Shown: one piece after another, positions 25,231 through 37,517 of the stretch | Position numbering within the stretch: the first letter of the stretch is position 1 | Layout of the letters: the number at the start of each line of letters is the position of its first letter | Source of the DNA: Felis catus | Taxonomy: Eukaryota | DNA: 64,000 nt | Reading direction: 5' to 3' | Assembly: GCF_018350175.1 (NCBI RefSeq) | Contig: NC_058368.1 | Coordinates: 37,636,001 to 37,700,000 of the forward strand | Notes under the pieces: generated by a model | The model's database searches: none | Seen by the model: the letters and a program-made list of their open reading frames with translations, nothing else | What the model was told of the DNA's origin: nothing | Program-made: the position numbers and the translations under genes

Positions 25231-27707
25231 ATGGGAAAGGAATAGAAATATATCACTTGTAAAGCAGTGCATATATTAAATATTTAATTATGACTAATAA
25301 TGATGCTGAAGTGTTTGTGGATTTGGTACAATGAGTACATTATTTATGTGATACAGAGATTATTTACTGCCGTTTTAATGGTGGATTTATCAATTTACGT
25401 GAAAGTTTAGTAAATTGTTGCAGTTAGGCCATTGATAAGTAAGTGAACAAAAATAAAGGTATTAGTCTATTTGTTTACAACATGAGTTTTTAAAAATAGT
25501 TTTAGGAAGCTCAAAAATGAGTTTATTTTTAGAAATGTCTTCTGTTTTCTTATACAACTGGGATTTCAGTTTGAGCCTGAGCTGAATTTATATTTGATTA
25601 TATGTCTTGATCTGTCTCATATGAGTTCCAGATGAGCTATATATATCATTAGGTAGACTTACATGTTTCTTTACCAGAGAGGAAGTAATCACCAGTCAGT
25701 AATTAAGCTTAATAATATCCCCAGTGACTTCTAGACATTGCTGTTGAATGGCATTATTAATTTCTTTGTATGTGTTATAGTGTGTTCTAGGAAAAATCAG
25801 ATTTCTAACATAGATCTACATAATTCATTCTCTTCTCATTGGAAAAAATCTGTTTTCTGTTATTTTAATTTTGCCCCAAACTGCCTTCAGAATCCAGTGG
25901 GATGTAATGTGAATGAAACTATTGAAGATATCCATATAGCCATGAATTCAAGTTATGCTCCTTCTATCTTTTTGAGCCTGTCAACCAAACTCACCGCAGT
26001 ACATATTTATTTTACATGCCTTGTAAATTTTGGCAGATGAGTAGGAATGTTATATTCTAGTATATAGTTGTAGGATCTCCATATATAAAAATAGTGGTTT
26101 ATAGCATTCATAAAATTAGAAAAGAAGCCAAAACTATGTTGAAAATAAATCTGATAATTGCATGTTGCTAGAATAATATAAGAGCCAGAAAACATGAATT
26201 ATTGAGCTATAACTTAATCTTTTTGTCATAGTGAGTATATAAAAATAAAACATGCTTTTATGTTTTATGATATCACTAGGATTCCATGATAGATATATAG
26301 TTCCATAATTCAGAGTAACCTGTTACTTAGTCCATGCTTAATTTTATTGTACATATAAAGACATTATTATAATAAGAAGTGTTCTCAAAGTCAGACAGGA
26401 AAAAGCAGTGTATCATCATTCATATATCATCATCCATTTTTCAGTGAGAAGAGAGTATACCTTAGAAGATTAATCACTAAATAAAAAAATGAGAAAAACC
26501 ATGTAGTATAGCCTCTTCCTTTATGGATAATAAAACTAGGATTTAGATTTTTCTCCTAAAATGAACCGCTAAGATTACACACAAAAAGACAGATATAAAA
26601 GTGAACTTCTCTCTACTCCTCCTGATGGAGTTGCAAAAAATGAGGATGACTATGAGCTACTTAAAAAAATAAGGATATTTCCAAGTGCTAATATTCATAT
26701 TATATGAACTGAAATATTTATATCAGGTCTACAAATCACCTCTACAACCTTACAGAAAATAGTTGCTGATTCAACTTAGTTACAGAAAATCCTTTTGAAA
26801 TATCCATATCGTTATTAGTTAAAAGGGTAGCAAATCTATTTTCACAGTAAAAGTAACAAAAATTCATTAGCTGGCTAATGTTTGCCAGCACTTGCAAATT
26901 AGCAGACTGCCACTGATTTGATTGAGTTTTAATCTAATGGTTTATTTTGTAAATGATCACTGACTTTATTAAAAATAATGAAGAGAATTAGAAACTCTGC
27001 AGAGTTTATCATTTATTCTTGAAACTTTGGCTGAAATATTTTTAAAAGACAATTAAATAAGCAAAGATATGTTTTTTTAAAAAGACACACATAATTAATC
27101 ATAATTTCATTTTACTCTTCTAGTTTGATGGCCTGGAATGGGACTCCACATTAGTAAGAACTACTGAAACTTCATATGGGTTAAAATGAAATACTTTTTG
27201 AATTTACATTTAAAAAATGGTTGATCAACAGAACAGTAGCTACAGCTTTTGACATGGATGTATTTTTTAAATGTTATAAAATAATGCAGCTATTAAAATT
27301 GAGGGTATCATAACAGTCTAGCGGTAATACAGGGGGAAAATGTCATTTTCCTGATATGTATCTTTTTAAATTTAAAGTTTAAAGTTTAAAATAACAAGCT
27401 AAAACACAATGTTTGCTATAATACATGGTAATTGGTTTATAAAAAAAGAGACATCTTCTTTGTTTTAATAGTGGGTTGATACGTAGTGAAGAAATTGACT
27501 TAGAATGACTAAGGATATTAGAAAACTCCGAAACCCCACGATTATGAAGTGATTTGCACTTAGTTTAATCATTAGAGTATATTTGCTTCTTTAGTAGTAT
27601 AGACTGTGTATTTAAAACACCAATTATCAAAACGAAAGTTGCCATTTCAGCTGTCATATTCTCTTTCCCATAGTAGGAGGCAGTATGATATGTCAGGTGG
27701 TCATGGT

Positions 27708-27744
27708 GTTTCCATGGCGTAATGGTTAGCACTCTGGACTCTGA
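27708..27744 (+). pseudogene. 5' half of tRNA-Gln(CTG), tailless fragment
   Basis: gtttccatggcgtaatggttagcactctggactctga matches nt 1-37 of mammalian tRNA-Gln(CTG) GGTTCCATGGTGTAATGGTTAGCACTCTGGACTCTGA (recalled) at 35/37. No T-arm or B-box follows. Confidence 0.88.
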
Positions 27745-27875
27745 TGTGTTATACTAATTTGGCTACTCTAGTTGTTTACATAAACCTTAACTAAAGATCA
27801 TTTTGCATCCCTTCCACCACTGCCTCCACTGATTTTTCTATTTATACACTGTCTTTGTTATACGTTTTGTTGGTA

Positions 27876-28197
27876 TAGTTGACTCTTGAATAACATGGAT
27901 TTGAACGGCATAGATCCATTTATACATGGATTTTCTTTTCAGTAAATATAGCATAGTGCTGTAGATGTATTTTCTCTTCCTTATGATTTTATTAATAATA
28001 TTATCTTCTCTCTAGCTTATTTTATTATAGGAATATAGTATATAATACATATAACATGCAAAATTTATTAACTGTTTATCCATAAGGCTTCTAACCAATA
28101 GTAAGCTATTATAAGTTTTTGGATAGTCAAAGGTTATATGTGGATTTTCAACTGTGTGTGGGCAAATGCCCCTTAATGCTTGGGTCAAGGTTAATAG
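27876..28197. mobile_element. Tigger2/MER8-like Tc1-mariner MITE
   Basis: TA followed by TIR-like tagttgactcttgaa ... gtcaaggttaatag; internal tagcttattttattataggaatatagtatataatacata. Confidence 0.8.
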
Positions 28198-28344
28198 TTC
28201 AGTGGTCACTTGTAATTCATCCAGTGGATATTCTCTCTCTCTCTCTCTCTCTGTCTCTGTCTCTCTATCTATCTCTCAGTTTCTCTTCCTCTCACCCTCC
28301 CTTCCTCCTTGTATTTATCTATCAGTTTAAAGTTTCATAGTCAA

Positions 28345-28563
28345 GGGGCACTTGGGTGGCTCAGTCGATTAAGCGTCTGACTTGGACACAAGTCATGATT
28401 TCATGGTTTTTGTGTTTGAGACAAACATCAGGCTCTGTGCTGAAAGCTCAGAGCCTGCCTGGAGCCTACTTGGGATTCTGTCTCCTTCTCTCTCTGCCCC
28501 TTCCCCGCTTGCACTCTGTCCCTCAAAAATTAAAAGATTAAAAAAATTTAAAAAATATACAAT
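28345..28563 (+). mobile_element. CAN-SINE
   Basis: TSD aaagtttcatagtcaa / aaagctttgtagtcaa. Confidence 0.92.
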
Positions 28564-29384
28564 AAAGCTTTGTAGTCAATACTGGGAGGGGATGTTGAAG
28601 ATAGTTTTATATTCTCGTGCTCTAAGTTGTTCTCTGTTAGATGGAGTATAAAACAAGAACAGAGCAACAAGAAAAATTCTACCACATTTTCTGCAGTTTT
28701 CTTTTGTTTCTCTTTTGGTTGGTTGGAAGTAAGCTATACGTTATATGATTTAAATATGTGAAAATATATTTCCTTACAAGCTTATGAAAACATTTTCATG
28801 AGCAGTTTGATTAAGAATATCATGCATAAAAGTACAAAATAAAAGCATTAATCAGTTGACACTGGAAAGATCAATGTAATATTTTATGTTTCAGGAAAAG
28901 AGCTATTTTAGTTATACATTATTCAGAAATGTTTGAAAGAAAGATAAAAATGGTTCATATTTTTATATGAACACAATGGTTCATATAAAATGGTTCAATG
29001 TGACTGTGAAAAGAGCTAAATTGATTTTAAAAAGTCGGGGGGAGCCAAAATATTGAAGTGCCTAAGAATGAGCCCAGTAGTTAGCTAAATAGAGTATTGT
29101 CTTCAGAAATAGGAGTAGTCATAAATACTTCACAAACTGTTTTGCATGCACAGATATGCTCTATATTTAGTATTTTTGTCCCAGGAAAATAAAAGTTTGG
29201 TATCAGTAAAGGTCTGAGATGTCTTATGTTTATAGTTTCAATTCAGCATATATAAAGCTAAGTTGACAACAAATTATGGACTATAAGCAGAATCCCTGTT
29301 TCATTTTAGATGTTTTTTTGTCAAAAATATTGAGTTCTAAAACTGATTATTTTCTATAGTAAATATAAGCCATTATAGTTATTA

Positions 29385-29597
29385 AAATTTTTTAATGTTT
29401 CCTTATATTTGAGAGAGAGAGAGAAAGGCAGTGTGTGAGTGGGGAAGGGGCAGAGAGAGATAGAGACAGAATCTGAAGCAGATTCCAGGCTCTGAGCTGT
29501 CAGCAAAGAGCCTGATGCAGGGCTTGAACCCTGAGCTGTGAGATCATGACCTAAGCGTAAGTCAGATGCTTAATTGACTGAGCCATCCGGGCACCCC
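29385..29597 (-). mobile_element. CAN-SINE
   Basis: T-tail, (AG)n, SINE head. Confidence 0.9.
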
Positions 29598-30346
29598 TGT
29601 GTTTGTTTTAAGATGTGTCCATATATAGAGATTTAATTAGAAAGAAATCAGATAATCTTAGAAGAAGCATCTGAGTTTTCTTTAACTTTACTAAATTGAC
29701 TATAATCTCAGATTCATTAACAAGAATATCAAAATATTTGGTCTAAGGCTAGCATGATGATCATTTGGAGGTTTTGCTTGCCTAAGACTGGAATGATGTC
29801 AACATGGGTCAAGTGGAAGGGGAAAGGGAGAAAGTGATAGCTTTGTTTGACTGTAGCTAAAACTCATGGAATCCTTAGAAAATTATACTATGGCAGTCAT
29901 TGTTTGTTTCTTTTCCTGTTGTTTCTGGTAAAGAAAGGCATTCCCGCTTTGAAATTTGCTTATAGCAAAGGGATCAGTTCATGAAAAGTTGGGCTTATCT
30001 TTATTCTAAACTTTGTTAACCTCTCCAGGTATGTTACTTTTAACTGTTGTACTAACTGCTGTCATTCTTTCTGGTTTAACAGGGTTTTTTTGTTGTTGTT
30101 GTTTTGTTTTGTTTTGTTTTGTTTTTTGGCACACTTCATTTATTTGTGTAGATCTATCTATCTATCTATCTATATATATATATATATATATATCTGATAA
30201 CATTTTCTTTCCTTGAGGGAAACTTCTTATACCATTTCTTGTCATGCAGATCTAATAGTGATATGTTTTCTCTACTTTTATCTTAAAAATTCTTTATTTT
30301 GTTTTCACTTTTGAAATTTTCACTGGACATAGAATTCTAAGTTGAC

Positions 30347-30735
30347 TGTTGGAAAATGTCAGGAGGACTTGGCTGCTTGTTGATCTTTGGACCTGGGCAA
30401 TTGGAAACTCATTACTCCCACTCTTGACCTTGGAATGCACATTCTGCCCACCATTCCTACACTAGAAGCTTCTTCAAGGATGGAGCCTTGAGAAAGTAAG
30501 GTGTTATTGGGACCATTTGGACAATGTATATGAATGACTTCATTTAAGACCTCTGTATGAACTTCAGATTCTGGCTGGCTGAGAGATATACTCATTTTGC
30601 AGCTGCCCAAGACAAGCTTCTTTGTAAGTTCCCTTGTTTATAAAACCTGCCTCTTTGTTCTGTCTCTCTGTATCCTTCATGTAGAGGATCTGATTTCAGA
30701 TCTAGCCCAGAGAACTCCTGAAGTTTTGAACAACA
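30347..30735. mobile_element. Solo LTR inserted into an old L1
   Basis: Inverted termini TGTTG...CAACA. It interrupts L1 sequence agaattctaagttg, whose uninterrupted analogue is at about 60920. Confidence 0.65.
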
Positions 30736-31359
30736 TCATTTTGATTTGCTTTTTCCCTTTCTGCACACTTGTCTGTTAGTTTAGATAAATGCAGATGAGG
30801 AGATTGAGGAAGTCTTGAACAGTGGTGCTCAGTATGAAATGTTTCTTTCTCCCCTCTACTTACTTTTAAAACTTTATCATTGATTTTAGCAATATGAGTG
30901 TTATGTACCTTAATGTGGTTTTCTTCATGTTTATTTGTCTTTGGATTTTTTGAGTCTCTTGGATCTGTGCCTTTGGGTTGTTTCTGACAAATTTTGAAAA
31001 CATTTTTTTCTTCAAATATTTTCTACTCCCTCTACCAACGAACCCCTTCTACAGATTATTTGATATTATTCTCTACATCTCTGATAATCCATTCATTCTT
31101 TTGCAGTCTTGCCCACCCCCACCCCCGACTTTGTGCTTCATTTGAATAGTTTGCATCGCTATGCCATTAGGTACACTGATTTTTTTCTCTTTTGCAGTTT
31201 TTTTTTAATCTGTTGTTAATCTCATCTGGTATGTTTTTCACTAAAGATATTAAAAATATTATCTCCAGAAATGTTATTTTTTAACAGTATCCATTTCTCA
31301 CCTATAATGTTTATGTTTTGCTTTAAATAATTAAGTATAATTTTGAGACTGGCTGGTTT

Positions 31360-31577
31360 AAAAAAAATTTTTTTTCAACGTTTATTTATTTTTGGGACAG
31401 AGAGAGACAGAGCATGAACGGGGGAGGGGCAGAGAGAGAGGGAGACACAGAATCGGAAACAGGCTCCAGGCTCTGAGCCATCAGCCCAGAGCCTGACGCT
31501 GGGCTCGAACTCACGGACCGCGAGATCGTGACCTGGCTGAAGTCGGACGCTTAACCGACTGTGCCACCCAGGCGCCC
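31360..31577 (-). mobile_element. Young felid CAN-SINE
   Basis: TSD tgagactggctggttt at 31344-31359 and 31578-31593. Confidence 0.97.
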
Positions 31578-32218
31578 TGAGACTGGCTGGTTTAAATGCT
31601 TGACTGCTAACTTCATTATTTGTGTATTTGTATTGATTCTTATTTTCTCCTGTTTATGGGACATATTTTACTGCTTCTTTGCAAATCTAAAATTTTGGAT
31701 GGAATGCTAAAATGATAGATGGATTTGGTTGATAGTCTATTTTGTAGAATGTTGGATATTATCTTTGGCAGAGTGTTAATTTTCTTTGTTGATTTAACTA
31801 ACATTTACTGAATAATTGTTATGTGTAGAACACTAGAATTACAAACATATGAAACATACATCTCTTGTCTTTAAATACTTAGGGAGAAGGCAATTGTGAA
31901 AACACATAATGAAATACATTGTAATTATTACTATAATGAAATTAGGCAAAGTGTGCTAAGAGTATCTGAGAGAAACATGTTTCTTATTGAAAGGCAGGAA
32001 CGAATATATATGAACTAATATGGGAAATAATCCCTGAAAAATTAAATATGAATTTTCCAAGAAGAAAAAAAAACAGGAAAAATGTCATATATTTAAAGGC
32101 TCAAATGCATAGAAAGAAATTGTGTGCTGAAACAACTACAAGATAAAAGTGGGAAGAGGAGGAAAAACAGGGAACAATGGAATATGTTAGATAATCTAAG
32201 AAAAATTGATTACATTCC

Positions 32219-34280
32219 ATAAAGGAACTAGCCAATAGCAATACAATAATAGTTGGGGACTTTAACACCCCACCTAGATCAATCGATGGATCATCCAAAC
32301 AGAAAATCAACAAGGAAACAGTGCCTTCAAATTACACATTAACAGATGGATCTAACAGTTATATTCAGAACATTTCATCCTAAAACAGTAGAATACACAT
32401 TCTTTTCAAGTGCACGTGGAACATTCTTCAGAATAGATCACATATGAGGCCACAAAACAAGTCTCAACAAATTCAAATAGATTAAAGTAATATCATGAAT
32501 CTTTTCTGAAGACTAGGCTATGAAACTAGAAATCAACCACAAGAAAAAATCTGGAAAGAACAGATAAATGGAGGTTAAATGACATGCTACTCAACAATGA
32601 ATGGGTTAATGAAGAAATCAAAGAGGATATCAAAAATTGTATGGAGACAAATGAAAATGAAGACACAGTGGTCTAAAATCTTTGGGATGCAACAAATGTG
32701 GTTCTAAGCAGAAAGTTTATAGCAATATAGGCCAACCTCAAGAAGCAAGAAAAAGTCAAATGAACAATTTAACATTAAACCTAAAGGAACTAGAAAGAGA
32801 AGAACAAACAAATCCAAAACCAGTAGGAGAAAGAAAATAATAAAGATTAGAGCAAAAATAAATTAAATATAAACAAACAAATCAATGAAACCAGGAGCTG
32901 GTTCTTTGAAAAGATCAACAGTTGATAAAACTTTAGCCAGACTCATCATAAAAATAAAAATGAGAAAGGACTCAAATAAACAAAATTAGAAATGAAAGAG
33001 GAGAAATAACAACTGACATCATAGAAATACAAAGGACTGTGAGAGCATATTATGAAAACTTATATACCAACAAATTGGACAACCTAGAAGAAAGGGCTAA
33101 ATCTCTAGAAACATATAACCTCCCAAAACTGAATCAGGAAAAAAATAGAAAATTTGAATAGACCAAGTAACAACAAGGAATTTAAATAGGTAGTCAAAAA
33201 ATTCCCAACAGGGGCGCCTGGGTGGCACAGTCAGGTAAATGTCCTACTTCAGCTCAGGTCATGATCTCACAGTTTGTGGGTTTGAGCCCCACGTCAGGCT
33301 CTGTGCTCAGAGCCTGGAGGCTGCTTTGGATTCTGTATGTCTCTTTCCCTCCACCCCTCATCTGCTTGTGCTCTCTCAAAATAAATAAGTGTTTTTTTAA
33401 AAAATTCCCAACAAACAAAAGTCCAGGACCAAATGGCTTCACAGGTGAAATTTATCAACATTGAAGAAGAGTTAATACCTATTCTACTCAAACTATTCCA
33501 AAAATATAGAAGAGAAAGGAAAGCTTCCAAACTAATTCTATGAAATCAGCATTACTGTGATAACCAATCCAGGTAAAGACACTACAAAACAACAACAACA
33601 ACAACAACAACTATGTGCCAATATCTCTGATGAACACATATGCTAAAATCTTCAAGAAAATAATAGTAAACCAAACCTAACAATGAATTTTTTAAAAATC
33701 ATACACTATGATCAAATGAGATTTATTTCTAGGATGGAAGTGTGGCTCAATATTTGCAAATCAGTCAATGTGATACATCACATCAACAAGAGAAAGAAAA
33801 AGAAAATACATGATCATTTCAATAGATGCAGAAAAATAGGTAGGGTGTGTGTGTGTGTGTGTGTGTGCGCACGCGCACACGCACGTGTGTATTAGTCATA
33901 AAAAGGAATGAAATCTTGCCATTTGTAATGAGAGGGATGGAGATAGAGAGTATAATGCTAAGTGAAATAATTCAGAGAAAGGCAAATACCATATGAACTC
34001 TCTCATATGTGGAATTCAAGAAATAAAACAAGTGGACAAAAGAAAAAGAAATAGAGAAAACAAACAACAGTCTGTTATCTTAACTGCAGGGAACAAAATG
34101 ATGGTTACCAGAGGGGAGGGGAGTGGGGGAAGGGGTGAAATAAGTGATGAGGATTAAAGAGTACACTTATCTTGATGAGCACTGAATACTGCATAGAACT
34201 GGTGAAACACTATATTATACACCTGAAACTATGACAACACTGTATGTTTACCATACTGGAATTAAAGTTAGAAAAAGTAA
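32219..34280 (+). mobile_element. Carnivore L1 with about 1.9-kb internal ORF2 deletion
   Basis: EN region (gttggggactttaacacccca) through IDAEK at about 33835, then (GT)n and the ORF2 C-terminus/3'UTR. Confidence 0.9.
33211..33398 (+). mobile_element. CAN-SINE inside L1
   Basis: TSD aaaaaattcccaaca at 33196-33210 and 33399-33413. Confidence 0.95.
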
Positions 34281-35485
34281 TGCTAAGCTGTTTGTGCCAA
34301 CTCACACATCGGTCAGCAAACTGCATATCATGGTTTACAACCACAATATAAATATTATTGTTGGATTTTAAATATTTTTTCAATAAAATCCATTTAAGAA
34401 TTTTATTGTATCATGGTCTTGATTTGCATTTTCTTGGCCACCAACAATAATAAACCTTTTTGAGAGGGGGGTATCTATTGACCATTTATATTTCTTCTTC
34501 TGTGAAATTTCTGCTTAAGTCTCTCACCCATTTTTCTATTGGATTCTTTGTGTTCATTATGGATGGAACTTAACTGCAGTTTAGAAATAGAGGCTGCATA
34601 CTTGAAAAAAACCAAAGTTAAGCCTGCGAATATTTACTTAATCTCTTCAATACCTGAAAGGTCTCACAGAGAAAATTCTTCCATACGATAGAATCTTCGG
34701 TCCTTTCTGCCACCTGGCACGGGCCCAAGCCTGCACCCAGTGTTTCAGTGAACACCCTGAAGTCTGAACCTCCCCAGACTGGGCCTGTGCCTTGCTGACT
34801 CTGTGTGGTTGTGTAAGGTTATCCTAGCATAACAACCACTTCTATGCCAGGCCTGCCTACATTTTCCCAGGCTCAAGAAGCTCTCATTTTTCAATTTCAT
34901 TAAGCTCACTTAGACCTTCCTAAGACCATCAAGGTTCATTTATAGATGGTTGATCTCATGTTTGTAAAGCCACCATAGGATTCAATGACCCACTGGGGAA
35001 GAATTCCCCTGTCCTGTGTGATACAAGCCTTAAAGTCACTGACGTAAGGATGATGCCACACATAGGACTGTGGAAACTAGATGCAAAAACGAGCCTCATT
35101 TTACAGTTAGAGTCATGGGAATCACAAATGCCCAGGCCCCACTGAAAGCCTAAATCTCTAATAGTCATTTTTCACTCTGTATTATACTATATCTCAGTGC
35201 CCACTGAGCAGGCACGAGGTCCCAATACTCCCCTGATTAAATCCTTCACAGACTAGTGTCTTCTTCTCGAAATTTATCCTGAGGAAGTGAGAAAAGCCTA
35301 ATTATAAGTGCTACATATGAAAGAAAAGAATGAAGGAAGGGGCTCTCATGATGGGGCAACCTCTTAAAATAGGGCAGATATTCAGAGAGGGCAAGACGAA
35401 GTCAGTGAGCTATGATCATGCCTGCATATAAAGAAAAGCATGCTGTCCTTAGGAATAAAATATCAGGTTAAACCTTGATCTTTTT

Positions 35486-35697
35486 TTTTTTTTTCAACGT
35501 TTATTTATTTTTGGGACAGAGAGAGACAGAGCATGAACGGGGGAGGGGCAGAGAGAGAGGGAGACACAGAATTGGAAACAGGCTCCAGGCTCCGAGCCAT
35601 CAGCCCAGAGCCTGACGCGGGGCTCGAACCCACGGACCGCGAGATCGTGACCTGGCTGAAGTCGGACGCCTAACCGACTGCGCCACCCAGGCGCCCC
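35486..35697 (-). mobile_element. Young felid CAN-SINE
   Basis: TSD aaaccttgatcttttt at 35470-35485 and 35698-35713. Confidence 0.97.
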
Positions 35698-35728
35698 AAA
35701 CCTTGATCTTTTTAAAAAGCATAATATA

Positions 35729-35891
35729 GGGGCATCTGGGTGGCTCAGTCAGTTAAGCATCCAAATTCAGCTCAAGTCATGATCTCATGGTTTGTGAGTT
35801 CAAGCCCCACATCCTGTGCATAGCCTGCTTCGGATCCTCTGTCTCCCTCTCTCTGTGCCCTTACCCCCCTCTCAAAAATAAATAAACATTT
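35729..35891 (+). mobile_element. Older CAN-SINE
   Basis: ggggcatctgggtggctcagtc head and aataaacattt tail. Confidence 0.9.
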
Positions 35892-35905
35892 AAAAATGCA
35901 TACTA

Positions 35906-36097
35906 AAACCATAAGAGACTCTTAAATACTGAGAACAAACTCAGGATTGATGGGGGGTGAGGGAGAGGGGAACGTGGGTGATGAGCATTGAGGAGGGCAC
36001 CTGTTGGGATGAGCACTGGGTGTTGTATGGAAACCAATTTGACAATAAATTATATTAAATAAAATAAAATAAAAATAAGTAAAAGTAAATAAAAAAT
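35906..36097 (+). mobile_element. Short L1 3'UTR insertion
   Basis: Similar to the reverse complement of 16563-16720. TSD aaaaatgca(t/c)acta at 35892-35905 and 36098-36111. Confidence 0.9.
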
Positions 36098-37408
36098 AAA
36101 AATGCACACTATATAAATAGGAGAAAATAACTAGACTGAGGACAGTTTTTTGACTGAAAATTTGAAGGATTTCTAATAGATAAAGTGCTGAAGAACTAAA
36201 TCCCTGATGTCTGAAAATCATCTTTTTGAAGAGGGCTGCCTGTCTGGAGGTGGACAGAGGAACCATCCTTTCCTTCATCTCTGGTTTACAGATTAGGCTT
36301 GTAAAATAAGGACACTTTACAGGACTGCAGATGAACATACACATGACCTTTCTCTCATTTGCCTCATTTGTGCTAAGTCTACAGTCCGCTGAGGAGGCCT
36401 TAGCTTAGATAACCAGAAAATCAGATGTGGCAGAAAGGCACCAGATCCTAAATATCTATGGACATAAGCAAAAAAGGGAAAGTAAAATAAACAAAATGCT
36501 TGTTACTACTAATACTAATACAATATTACCTCCATACCAGACTGGTAGAATTCTGCAGTTTGGAACTATTTTCTTTCTTTTTGCCTTTTGGCCATTGCTT
36601 TTTGCTTGATTTTTTTTTATTGGCACTCCCCCACCTCACCCCAGATCTCTCCTACCATTTTCTGACTGACATATATTTTGAAAGATATGGGCATAGACAT
36701 AAGTATAAATCACAAAAAATATATTAGAAAACACGTTTAGAAAACTCTTTGCCAATTCTATGCAAGTGAGGGGTTTTTTTCATGCACTTATGAGTAAAAA
36801 ATAAACATTAAGTAATAAATGAAAATAATTAGTGGTAGAAAAGGATAGGACTAAGATTTTATGAATAGTCAAAACACTACTTCTCCCAGATTGACTAATA
36901 AATGATTACATTTTAGCACACCTGATTCATATTCTAAAAGTTGCAAGTCCACAGTATGTTTGTGGAACTCCCAAAGCCTTTATTATCAAAGTTTTAAAAA
37001 ACATTTAAAAAATGTTCTTGAATTTAAAAATATAATTGTATTAAAACCAGTACATTTAGGAAATGAATGACTGCTGGAAATAAAGACAGTCGAATCATGG
37101 AATGAGGGGAAAATCCAAAAGAATCTCCCATTAACACGCATGAAAATGATAGGTAAAATGTGGAATATTTTAAGAGAAATGGAAATTAGCTCTACATATA
37201 AAAATTGAGAAGAGATTAGGAGGCATAGAAAAGATGTAACAGAAGAAGAAAAATTTCTTCTCCAAAGAAAGAGCCTGTTCCTAACCACTAAAAATTTGCA
37301 TCATTTCATCTCTTAAACTTAATAAAAAGGATCCATATTTAGACAAAAATATTTTGAATTTTCAAAATGTATACATAACATCTCTTTTAAATAAGTATAT
37401 TAAAAATA

Positions 37409-37515
37409 GGGGCACCTGGCTGGCTCAGTTGGAAGAACATGCAACTCTTGATCTTGGAGTCATGGGTTTGAGCCCCATGTTCGGTATAGAGATTACTTAA
37501 ATAAATAAGCTTTAA
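37409..37515 (+). mobile_element. Short old tRNA-like carnivore SINE (no CT tract)
   Basis: ggggcacctggctggctcagttgg...gagccccatg...agagattacttaa. Confidence 0.85.
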
Positions 37516-37517
37516 AA

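Noticed and set aside
25738..26040. 100-aa ORF with a plus-strand acceptor at 25890
   Set aside because: No recognisable homology and no convincing donor.
27708..27780. Functional tRNA-Gln gene
   Set aside because: The 3' half, including the B-box and acceptor stem, is absent.
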